Below are positions 1 through 13,387 of a stretch of 64,000 nucleotides of DNA, piece after piece. Source of the stretch: the human T2T-CHM13v2.0 reference genome, Homo sapiens. Position 1 is the first letter of the stretch, and each line of letters starts with the position of its first letter. The notes beneath the pieces are model-generated. The model saw only the letters and a program-made list of their open reading frames with translations. It was not told the DNA's origin and made no database searches. The DNA is taken from the NCBI RefSeq assembly GCF_009914755.1, contig NC_060934.1, one strand, 5' to 3'. The position numbers were made by a program, and so were the translations under genes.

Positions 1-269
1 GGTGAGAAGTAAGCAATTCCAGTGCCACGCATTGCAATGCAGTTTTCTCCTGAGAGCCAATCTGGGTCTCAGGAAATGGAAGAGACTGAATTAAAGGTAA
101 GTATTTTCAAGCGCATTAGTCAAAACAATTACTACAGTCAATATTAAGTTATGTGGCAATTTTTAAAGCAGTGTAAGCTGCCCAGTTTTTAGGGATGATT
201 ACATTAGGGAGTTTCAGCCCAATGGGAATCGTGGTGGAGAATACTTGATGTGCCTATCGGAATGAGTTG

Positions 270-430
270 CGCAGCAGGGTAACCAGGAAAGTCTGTTAAA
301 AATGAAGATTCCTGCACAGAATTCCAGACCAACTGAAGATGAATTCAGGTGTTGCTAGAGGATCTATCTGTTTAACAAGATTCACGAATGATTATGATGG
401 AAGAAGCCTGACTTCAGTTTGAGACCCTTG
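270..430. mobile_element. MER5-like hAT-Charlie DNA transposon remnant
   Basis: gttaaaaatgaagattcctg...ccagaccaactgaa...tttaacaag...tgattatgatg...agtttgagaccc resembles the MER5A/B core; diverged. Confidence 0.5.
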
Positions 431-478
431 AACATTTCTAGTCCTTTTCTCATCGCTTAAATAATTAGCTACGTAATA

Positions 479-805
479 CAGTCATGTGTCCCATAAAGAG
501 GTTTTGGTTGTGGTCCTATGAGATTATAATACCATATTTCACTGTACCTTTTCTATGCGTTGATATGTTTGGAAACACAAATGCTTACTTACCATTGTGT
601 TGCAAATTGCCTGCAGTATTCAGTACAGCCCCAGGCTGCCTGGGTTTGTAGCCAGGAGCAACAGGGTACACCAGAGCCCAGGTGTGCTGGAGCCTCTGCC
701 ATCTGGGTTTACGCAGGTTCACTCTATGATGTTCCTACAAAAGGCAAAATTACCTAAAAATGCATTTCTCAGAACATAGCCCCAGCATTAAGCTATGCAT
801 GACAT
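479..805 (+). mobile_element. Tigger3a (Golem_A/MER7A) TcMar-Tigger MITE
   Basis: Begins TA|CAGTCATG, ends GCATGACA-TA (terminal inverted repeats, TA target). Internal ggtcctatgagattataataccatatttcactgtaccttttctatg and catttctcagaacata match Tigger3a; about 330 bp. Confidence 0.85.
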
Positions 806-1202
806 ATTCAGAAATATCTTGTCTTCTAGATTAGCTCTTAACAAAAATAAAAATCAGAATAGCAAATAACATAGGGCCGCATACTAAAATCCACGCTTTC
901 CTCCCCATCCTCCTCTCCAGCCTACCCAGCTGCTGGGAGACTCCCACATTTAGTGACTTCACTTAGAATTTCATATGAGGGTTACCAGGGTTGCCATGTG
1001 ACACATGTAATTATTTTTTAATTCATCAGCTTTATCTAGGGACTTGTTTCTCTGAGGAGTAAAAGTAGAATTTGTCTACACTCTTCCCTGCCATTCCCTT
1101 TTCCATTGCTTACAGTATAATTATATAGTTACTTTAATTCTACATATTTAATTTGTTCATAATTTATAATATTTTCTTAAACTCCATGCCCTATTTCACT
1201 AA

Positions 1203-1565
<363 letters not shown>

Positions 1566-2406
1566 TATGGCTTTTAAATATCTTTCAAGTTTTTCTTTCT
1601 TTTTTTTTTTTTACTTTCACAGGATTAATTACATTTATATTATTTTTGTAACCCAAAATAAGATTGTGTGTTTTGTTTACAGATTAATTTCAAAAGAAAA
1701 AACAACCAGCAGCCTTCATTATTAGCATCGTTAATAATTTCAGAGATTGTGAGGCACAATCTGACCACTTCCCCAAGGAATTGTTTCAAAACCCTTCTGT
1801 TTTCTTGAGCAAACCCAGTTGCTCAAACGAACGCCACCATTTAGACTGTTATCCATTTGGTTCATAACTCTTTGAAAACTAATTATTTTCATGAAGTTTC
1901 TGATTACCTCCATTTTCTTACTGTGTGAATACTCGTATGCCACATTCCCTTTTCACTTAAACCTAAAATGCCTTTACTCAATTAGTAAAAAGTCAAATGA
2001 AAAAATGCCACCTTATTCATTTTATCCTCATGACAATTTTTGATTTTGTGTGGAAACCCATTGGCTTCATCTTCTACAGCGGACTGGATATATCATATTT
2101 GGTTGGCATGTGATCTTTAATAAGACACTTTTTTAACTTTTGGGTTGAATTTTACAAGTCTCAGTGTGTGCATTGCTGTATCTGGGAATGTTTGCTTTCT
2201 GGCATTCACTCTGCTACACTTCTATCAAGGCCTCTGATTGACTTTAGACTTTCTTGTCACCTCCTTCTGCCTCAGAATTCAGTCTGGAATGGTTGTTCTT
2301 AAAGTTTGTGAGTAGCTGTCATCCTAGGATTTTTCTTTCTTGAATTTTTGGGTCACAATAATTGTTTTGTGGATCTATTTTTTGGTGTTTCTTGGTTTCC
2401 AGCTCA

Positions 2407-2739
<333 letters not shown>

Positions 2740-2899
2740 CTAGGAATGCATGCCCATGAAACATTTTCTAAGTCATCACATGGGTGCAAATGAGCCCCGC
2801 TTGGTTCACTGTGGCCTTGATCCACGTAGGTATTGAATATCCTTCCCTTCACTGCCTGAAATGCATCCGCCCTCCATGTCAAGCAAGCATTTGATCCTC

Positions 2900-3402
2900 C
2901 TTGTTGGGAGACAACAGCCCACAGCATTTCCACACATTCTGTGACAGCTTTTGTACTACAACACTTTCTAACGGATATTCTTACAGCCAACAGCCTGGGA
3001 GGCCAGAGACAGTGTCTCTCTCCAGGGCAGAGGGCAGATTTGTTCCTTGACCAGGACAGTAAAGATAACGTCTTCCTGTAGGGCAAAGCTTGGGCAGCTT
3101 TGTTCATGTCTCCTTTTGAGACTGAGGATCATCCATTTGGGTCCCTCACTCAGTCAAAAACCTACTCCATCAGCACCATTCATCTGGTCACCCCTTAGTG
3201 TTCACGTCAGACTTGGTGAGCAAGCAAGCAAAAAGGGCCTCTCTGAACAGATTCTCATGCTGCCTGCTATGTCAGGAGTAAGCACCTTCTTTGTCTCTGA
3301 CTCAGGAGTCTCAGGTCATGCTACCATCATTTATGAAGTTGTGATTGCTGAACATGTTAGATTGCAAACGAGTAAACAGGTCAGACCCTTTACTGTTACT
3401 AA
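2900..3402 (+). mobile_element. ERVL solo LTR, MER21/MER68/MER77 group
   Basis: aaagataacgtcttcc...gggcaaag, ctcatgctgcctgct, tttgtctctgactcaggagtctc and cagaccctttactgtt 3' end typical of the group; 5' boundary uncertain. Confidence 0.6.
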
Positions 3403-4029
3403 GTTGATACCACTTAATTGCATTCTGAATTCCTTGTTCTGCAACACTTCAAATGACAGAGGTTTCAGCCTCCAGCTAGATATGGACTCTTAAAAAATGT
3501 CCTAATCAGAATTCTGTAGACTCTTTTACACAGAATTCTGGGTACAAACATCCTCTGTACTCAGAACTTTGAATGTACGTGTATATTGTCTCCTGGTACT
3601 GGTGCTGAGGATGAGGATTCCAGAGGCTTACTATTCTTTTCCTGATGTCCTTTAGGTCTGTTTGTTAAAGCTTTTATTGTTTTCCTCCTGGATGCTTTCT
3701 GGTCTCCTGTTTTGTACGTGGTCTTATGCAATTTTAAATTGATATGTCTCTGTGTGTTAGGACAAGATGTGGTCTTCTTGGAATGGCTCTGGTTAAAAAT
3801 CTCTTCTTTCATATCAAACACCCCTATAGGAAGAAATACTAGGTCACTAGACCTATCTTACCTATGAGAAACTAAAGTTAGCTCTGCATGGGGTGACAGT
3901 CATGGGATGCATTGTTGGGCAAGGCATGAACTGGTGCCAGGAAATAAGTGATGTGGCTTCCTGTGTTGTTTGGGATAAACATGTGAAAAGGAAGCCTGGA
4001 GCTCTTCTGACCTGGCAGAAGCTGACCCA

Positions 4030-4204
4030 AAACTGCCCACCTGAGAGTCATTCTAAGGAACTCCAGAGAGAGGGCTAGGGTGGCAGACAGACACTGGGAC
4101 CTGCGTGAACTTTAACAAACTGCCGAACTAAGAGAACCGTTCTAAGGAACTGCAAAGAGAGGACTAAGGGTGCTGGACACTGGTACCTGAGTGAACTTTA
4201 ACAT
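4030..4204. repeat. Diverged two-copy tandem duplication, ~88-bp unit
   Basis: aaactgcc..gaga..ttctaaggaact..gacactgg.acctg.gtgaactttaac at 4030-4116 and again at 4117-4204. Confidence 0.8.
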
Positions 4205-5865
4205 AAGCTACTATTTGCCTTGTGTAAATATATTCTCTGTCTAGGGCCCTCTTAGCCTAGTGGGGGGCTTTATTTTTCATTCATCCCTCTCCATGTTCAG
4301 TCAACATTGTTGAGGTGGTCTACAACAAAGTCTTCTAATTGCAGTTCAGTTTTGTTTGTGCACTTCCTGCCAGTCTCTATTTTGAAATGTCTGCTTCTTA
4401 TTAAATGTTCTTTAATCTTAGAACCAAGGGTCATTTGTTTTATAGTTCTGGGAAAATAATGAGGAATTTTCTAGAGCCAAAGTCCCCCAAAGTGATAGAG
4501 CCCCTCCTCAGCCGTCTTTCTCTCTTGCGGTTACACAACACACTCTCACTACCTACGCAGCTGTTGGGGTAAATGTAAAGAATATAATCATATGTCAAGA
4601 AGAATTGCCAAGTAATTTATTTGAACAATGCTTACAATTGTGCTTTCTGCACTTCCTGTGTCTCTAGTAATTCAACCTCCAGCATTTTACTCATGACATT
4701 TAATCAATACATGCAAATCACTTCAGGGATCTATTATATCCTGAATTCATTAATCTACTTGGGCAAGAGACAAGCATGTAAGAAGGTTTTCTTGGCTAAG
4801 GTCAAAAAGGAGGATGAATAGTATCAAGTTCCACAGTCTCAAGCTTTTTAAAGACTGCAATACCCCAGAGAGGAAGAGGCCCTCTTGGCTTGCTTTTCTA
4901 ATTCAAGCAATTTTCAGTAAGATACATTTTGCACTAACTTGAGAATATACACATATTGGCACTTTATTATTATTATTAATTATTACTGTTTCTATTCAAT
5001 GTGATACATGTTGATAAGAATCGCAAAATAAGCATATTTATCTTTCATAGATCAGGATGTTTTCTTCATCACAGAATATAAAGATGAACATAGTGCAGTA
5101 AAATTTCACTTGTATCAGTCATCAATAGGAATTTGGTTTATGGCTGCACAAGAGAAAACCAGTCGGATCAGGTGTTCTGTGATGGTGTATCATAAAGTAT
5201 CCCTTATCCTTAGGCTTTTGCCAAGAGCTGATTTATCAAAGGTCGGAGATAGATACAAATGAAGTTTAATATAATGGGATGTAAGCCAATCAGAAGACTA
5301 TTACATTCAATTGACATAAATTGAACTATGTTTTATGACATGAGCATACTGTAGTGTTTCAAAATTCTTGTTTTTATTCATAGCAGGGAAGAACAATGAG
5401 ACATTTCATGATTTTTATTTATTTCTATTCCTTCGTTGCACAGTCCATCTGTTGGACTATTTTTGAGTTGCATTAAAAATTTTAACATTATTTGTAGTTT
5501 CATTAACAAATACATCTAAAATGCAATTTTTCACAGGTATGTCTACGTCACATGCACCTGATTTCACAACACACATCCAGGATGGCCAATATGTTGGTGC
5601 TTCACGTAGGTTGAGTTTTTTTTTTGCACTGGCTGCTTGCTAACATGATATCTGATGAAGCAGCACTAACACACGATGTGTGTCCACGTGAATGGAGTTT
5701 TACGAACATGGATGAGCTAATGTCTCTACAGTGACAGTCCAGTGAGAAATGGCTATCTCGGTCAATGATGTTTCCTTGGCACAGCTGAAATAATGGGGAT
5801 AGTCTCTGTGTACTGACATGGAAAGACTTCTAGAATATAGTCGCACGTGAGAAAAGCAAAGCATA

Positions 5866-6287
5866 TGACATTGTTTGGGTATCTGTCCCCTCCAAGTCTC
5901 ATGTTGAAATGTGATCTCCAGTGTTGGAGGTGGGGCCTGACGGGAGGCATTTGGTCATGTGGGTGGATCCCCACGAATGGCTTGGCACTCACTCCATGGA
6001 AGCCAGTGAGTTCTCACTCTGTAAGTCTATGCAAGCCCTGGTTGTTTAAAGGACGCTGGCTCTCCCTCACTCTCTATCTTGCTCTCTCTCTCACTGTGGG
6101 ACATGCTGGCTCTCCCTTTGCCTTCTGCCATGACTGGAATCCTCCTGAGGCTTTCACCAGTAGCAGATACCAGCACTGTGCTTCCTATATGGCCTGCAGA
6201 ACCATGAGCCAAAACAAACCTGTGTTCTTCATCAATCACTCAGTCTTAGAGATTACTTTATGGCAATGCAGATGGGCTGACATCACA
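5866..6287 (+). mobile_element. MSTB-like ERVL-MaLR solo LTR
   Basis: tgtcccctccaagtctcatgttgaaatgtgatctccagtgttggaggtggggcctg ... gcctgcagaaccatgagccaaa; about 420 bp. Confidence 0.9.
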
Positions 6288-6574
6288 GTGAACAGTGAGC
6301 AGTGAACTCCGACATGCTGTGCTGTCCTGGATCCTGCACAGAAGGAAAGCGAAGGGTGCATGCGGCTGTGTATTTGCATTTCCTTATGCTTACATAAAGA
6401 CATCAGAGGAGAAAAACAAAGTAAAGTGGAGGCATCAAATAATCAGTAATAAATAGGATGATGGAGAAAGAAGAATCAGGAACACCTATGAGCTCATCTT
6501 TCATGTCCTTTTGATGCCTAGGCTGTAGAAACACATGCAATTTCTTCAAAAACAGCAATGACTCTGATAGTGGA

Positions 6575-7036
6575 TTAACGTTATAGTGACTTGCCTTGAT
6601 TCCCTTCAAGGGACCCTAACTCCAGGCCTCAGCTGTTGTGAGTTTTAAGTACTAACCACTCATAGCTGCTTTAAAAAATTTTTCCCAGACAGTTGCCCTC
6701 ACTCTGGCATGGGCTGACTCCTGAGAAATGCTTGGGAGATTGTGTCCATTTCCAATTAGGGGCACCCTACAGCCTATAGCAAACTGACAAGAAGGTCTGG
6801 AAGTCCCTTGGTCTCAAGGTGGAAAGGCTGTGGGATGCTGTGCACACCCCGGGGCTTCGCATGGGAGCCAGCTAAACCAGGCTGCAGTCTACACCCCACT
6901 GTGGGTATTTTAGTCCCCTGCTTTGTCCTGCTTTTTTGCTTTCTCACTGGTCTCTGCTGACCGCACTCCTCAATATACCCTTTACACAAGCACCTCTATT
7001 TCAAACTCTGCTTCTCAGGAACCTGTCTTAAGCCAG
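6575..7036 (+). mobile_element. LTR16-family ERVL solo LTR
   Basis: agggcaccctacagcctatag, cccttggtctcaaggtgga, and 3' end tcaaactctgcttctcaggaacctgtcttaagcca. Confidence 0.65.
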
Positions 7037-9639
7037 ATTTTTTTTGGAGCAAAATAAGGAAGTAGAGTGAAGAGAAATAGTCTTCAAGGACCTCCACTGG
7101 AGTTATTAAATGAGCCATTTAGATGGATAATTCTATCCTTGTCGGATCTTCTAATTTCTAAAATAGCACATTTTATCCACGATCTCCTCCCCAAAAAGCT
7201 AAGTAAGGCACATATGGGTAGAATGATATCACAAGCACCTCTTTATTGACAGTTGGTTAAATGATGGCTAGTATTGGATCCATTGAAGGTCCATGCATTT
7301 ATTTTCTGTTAATATGATACTAAAGTATACTGAAATTATTTTCCTCTATGGCTTACATGGTGGATTTAATTACCATTATTTAACAATGAGAAATTTACTA
7401 AAAAATAATGATGCAGTAGATTTCAGTCAAAGTAAGGAATTTCAGTGAGTAAATGAAATCCTCAACACTTGGTCATTTTGAGTGTATTCAAGGCAGTTCA
7501 AGGTCTGTGGTTCCCTATCTTAGGGTGGTGTCACTTTTGGTATCTTGAGCAGGAGGGACTCTAACACAGGAAATGTGGTGCCCACAAAAGCAATAAAAGA
7601 GTTGAGGAATTCCAAGGCATCACCTTACGTTGGCTGATCACTTGCAGAGCACCGGGAAACTACAGAAGCCACAGGAGAGCAGCAGAGATCATCCAAGCCC
7701 TGCAGGGAAGCCCCAGCTTGCTCCACATTCTCCTGTCTGTTGAGTCTTGACCATTCCTCCTGTGCCTTTGGGGGAGTCACAATGTGGCTTCTGCTTCTCT
7801 TTCATCTTTGAAATATCTTCAAAGCTTCTCATTGGTGGGTTATAAACAAACCCAACTGGCAAGGGATCTCCAGAAAGAAGTTCCCATTGGTCCAACCCTT
7901 GGGGCAGAGGAAACACCCTAAAAAAGGCAGCATCAGGGGTCAGAGTTGGACCCACAGCGCACCTGCAGGCAGACGGCATCCTTTGGCAAACTGAGAAAAC
8001 ACATTGTAGTCCTAAGAAAGAGAGTTCCCGAAGATATGAACCAGGCACCACCACACCCACTTGGTGTGTGAGTAGAGGCAATGCCAGAAGCATCTAAGGA
8101 CTTGTCTTCAGGTTTAAGATCTTCTTGCTATGTGTTCTCGGGTTTTGATTTGATTGTATTTAGTAGCATGGAATTGCCCTTTCTCCTGATGACACTGTAC
8201 CTGGTTTTTAAAAGTGTACTTAACATTTTCTCTCTGCTGTAGAGTGCTTCACACATTCAAATTCAGCACCCAACTGCATGCTTCTCATGCAAAATGCTTA
8301 TTGATTTAATTTTCTTTTAGTTAAGATGGTTACATTATTTGCTTTCCGAAGATAGGGTGATACACACCAAAATCTTTGAAACTACTGGCTAAATACTTAT
8401 TACAGCCAGCAGTTTCAAATTTTCCTCAAAAAGTTTATTCTCCAAAACTGAGTGATCTGATTGGTTGGGTCATAGTGAATCCAGGTTCTATTGTGATTCT
8501 ATGTATCAATCCGTGTATTCATATAAGGGATGGTAAATATTAACACTGATACAACGTCTTCTAGCTTTTGTCAAAAAGACCTTCATTACTGACTCTTGAT
8601 ACCCTGTTTTCAATGTGCTATTAGTTTGATGTTGGGCCAAAATCAATCACCGGTATGTTTTGTCAATATACTTCTTCATATTTCACACACATTATCAGCT
8701 GATTGGTGGGTCCCCAAGACAGTAACTAGGCTACTAGTAAAACTAGAAGTTGCTAAATGCATCTCCAAATATTTTATTAACTGGAGTATTACATGTCTTT
8801 TTTCTTAGTCTATGGCAATATCTATTATCAACTTGTTTTGGTCAAAAACTGTTTTTTTTGTAAAAAACAAACAGTAAATTAAGCAAATCTGATGACTTTT
8901 TTTTTTTTTAGTAACAAGAACTATGCATACAGTTTATTGCTGATATCATTTTATCAGCTCATACTGCAGCCTCTTTTATCCACTGTATCATCCACCATGC
9001 TTTGACAACTTGCCAAAGAAGGGAAGGAGATACAGTAAAAGAGAAGGCAACATCCATGTACAGAAAGCAATGTTTTCTCGGAAATCTCAGTATGCCTTCT
9101 TCCAGAGATGTGTTAAGTAGGCAGGCATAACTTCAAAAGAATTTAAGAAAACAATTATCTACCTGGCCACTTGGCTGGCTTGGTTAAACCTAGGCTTGAG
9201 TAAGTGAGGGAGAATAGAGGTGGGGTGTGCAGAAGATGAGCAACAGAATTCTTACCTATGTGGGCCAGGGAGACTTTCCAATCCCATCCGGACACACTGA
9301 GGGAGAAAATATGACATTGGCCTCTTCTCCTTGGCAAATCCTTGTTTATCCATCCTCTCGTCTTTGCCCGTGAGAATCTACTCATTTTTGAAGACAAGGT
9401 TAATATATATAATTCCTTCAATATACTCTTATTTAACTCCATTTGGAAAAATAATTTCATTTGATGCACTTCTGTAACAATTTATATTTCTATTAGGACA
9501 ATTATTTACTTAATAAACCATGGAAAACGTTGTTATTGTCTAGCAAATATTCTGGACATTAGAACATTTACAAAGCCATTTAAACAAATAATTAAATGAC
9601 TCAATCTCCAAAAAGTCAGGGATGCCACAGAAAGAGGGA

Positions 9640-9816
9640 TGCACGCATGCATATATGTGTGTGTGTGTGCGTATGTGTAGTGTGTGTGTATGTGCGTGTG
9701 TGTATGTGTGTATCTGTATATGTGTGTATGTATGTGTATGTGTAGCGTGCATGTGTGTGTTGTGTATGTGCATGTGTATGTGTCTGAATGTGTTTGTATA
9801 TATGTGTGTACACGCG

Positions 9817-9854
<38 letters not shown>
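9640..9854. repeat. Compound (TG)n/(TATG)n purine-pyrimidine microsatellite ending in pure (TG)18
   Basis: Read directly; pure TG run at 9819-9854. Confidence 0.95.
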
Positions 9855-9856
<2 letters not shown>

Positions 9857-10619
9857 GTACTACTCCTTCTGGGAAAGGTGAGAAGCCTGGCATGACTGGG
9901 TAATTTTATTCAAATAGGTGGTGGGGTCTAGGGTGCTTTGGTTGCTTACCTATGGCTGTGACCTGCTGAGCCCTGTGTGTCCTGCTGAGCCATGCATCTT
10001 CCTGAAGCAGTGAAGCACCACTGGAGGCTTAGCATTGGGATAAAAACAGGAGATCATTCTTAGAGATAATTTGAAGGGGGCAAAATCTTCAGACAAAAGG
10101 ATCCACTTGGAAATTATTGCAATATCTCTGTGAGGATTGATGAAAGAATTAACTAAAATGTGACAGAAAGAATGAAGAAGATCTGGTCAAGAATTACAAG
10201 TCATCATATTTTAAGGACGTTATTGTTGACTATATTAATGTCTGTTTTCCTCACGACATTATAAGGGGCCAATGGCAGAACATAATGTATGCTTTTTTTT
10301 AACTCTATAACATTATGCATATATAGAATATGCTTGCCATTTGACTGAATTTATTCTAATTCAATTTATTTTTTCTATTGAATGATATGGGCAATTTAAG
10401 TCATAAACACAAATAAACATATATCTTTCATCAGTATTTAAACTATAATACACTGCAGTGCAGAACTCAAATCAGTGACTTAAGAGTGATCAGGGATTCA
10501 AATGCAATTCACATCATATAAAAACTGGCTAAATTAAATGTAACAGCAGACCTGATGGGCTCCATTCCAGCTCTTTCTCCAGATGGTTTGTTCCTGTATA
10601 TGTAGAGAGATGAAAATGA

Positions 10620-10955
<336 letters not shown>

Positions 10956-12961
10956 TGAATGAGACTTGTCTGAAGACAATTCTAGACGAAGTTTTGAAGG
11001 AACAGTGGTGACTTCCACCTGTCTATCTTCCTCCTAAACAGCCCTTGCAAGTTTGCAGTCAAAGCAACCCTCTACAATGAGGTTCCCTACCATGACCTGT
11101 TATCTATTTCCTCTCAGAATAAAATTACTATTCAACTAAAATTTTTGCACCTGTATTGATAACCAATGTTGAAAGAAATAGAACTGCAAGAAGGAAAGCC
11201 TTTTGTCTTAGTCCAGGCGTGAAATCTCATTAATATTGCATGTGCCATGGGGAAATGTCTGGTTCTATAGAATGCTAACTCTAACTCAGGCTACAAGGTT
11301 AATGTGTTTATTTAACTTAGTGTTTTCAGGCTCATTAGACAGTGTTTAGGCATTATGTATTATAATTATTAATCATATCTCAATGGAGGAAAGAGCTGTT
11401 TTCCACCAAATGTATCTAAATTAGCATTCATCTTAGTCTCTATTAATGTTACCAGTGGAGAATCTAGTGATGTACTAAAAAAGATTATGTGTATGGTTAC
11501 TATGTGTCTCAATCGATATCTGCATAAGGTTTTTATAATAATTTTTCCAAATGGTCTAGAAAAGAAAAGCACTTACATTTATTTAATTATCAAGTTCTAA
11601 CTCGAAATTACAATAATAACTGAATTCTGTGAAAAAATATTGATTTTATGCTTTATCGGATCCAGTAAGCAGAGAATATCATAAAAATTCAATGCAGGCT
11701 TATTTTTCCAGCTTGCATTTAAAGATTCACAAACTTTAAAGGATATTCATCATCTGTCTTCTTGGGCATTTATGTTCCAATCTATAGCAGTATAATCTCC
11801 TTAGGAGTTTGGACTCATATTTTTCTCTTAGAACTTTTACTGAAACAGGCCTGCTTTATCATTGAGCTTGAATCTTAATAGTTTTTCTTTCAAATACTAA
11901 CCATGGGTTATTAACTTAAATGTTCCCTTTGTGGCTCTTTCAATGAGGCCTTATAGGTATGATTTGTAATTATATCATAGGTTGTTAAGGCTTTTATTTG
12001 AGAAATACCATAAAATAATTCAAGCTTCACATCTTAAGTTTAATGTAAAACATCAGAGGGAAAGGTAACAAATGTATTAATCAAACTTATTCTTTAAACA
12101 AATTTGTGAAAGAGAAAATGTGTTTAAAGCATAATGTTTTAGTGAAAGAGAAGTAAATTCAGGAATAAGTCTGATAGTTTTATATTCCAGATTATCTACT
12201 CACTATGTAATCACTTTAATTAAGCCACTTTTTATCCAAATTTGCTTTCCTTCTTTATTTTGTAATGATAACAAAATATGCATATCTTGTATGAGGGTTA
12301 AACAAAACACATAAATAAGTCATATGTATTTTTATATAAATCTAGCATTGTATAAGATGTTTAGGGGTTATTTAATAAGAAGACAAACAATACTTTTAAT
12401 ATAAATATAATTCGATGATATTTTTCTGTTCTTTATAGATAGAAATAAACTTTTTAAATCTTGGAGGCATAATAGAATCTAAAATTTTATCCTTGTTCTG
12501 AAGGAAACAGTACATCTCCTCCCAGGCATGTCTTCTGCATTTTATCATACACTATACAACCATCCAAAGTTAGAATTATATTCAAATGTTTTACCCCCAA
12601 AAATGCACAAGCAAGAGTCTACTTCAGCTAAGATGAGGCAACAGGGATTGGATTTGCTTTTTTTTCTGAAATAACTGAAAAATACTGCATGAAGCAATAA
12701 AATTAGAGTTACTGGACATCAGGCAGTGAGGGGCAGTGGCTCCTGAGAGATGGGAAGCAGATGAGGTGAGCCCTATGGTTGCCCAAGCTTAATGCTCAGA
12801 GAGAGTTTACCCAGAAGGGCCCCAGAAGTGAAGAAATTAGCACTTGGCTAAATACTGTTCTAGTTCTATCTACCAAAGCTTAATGGCAAAACCTGGTAGA
12901 GGTTTACTACATCTAAGTCACTTAACTGCATCCCAGAAAAAAGGTCTAGAATATTTGGTAG

Positions 12962-13387
<426 letters not shown>

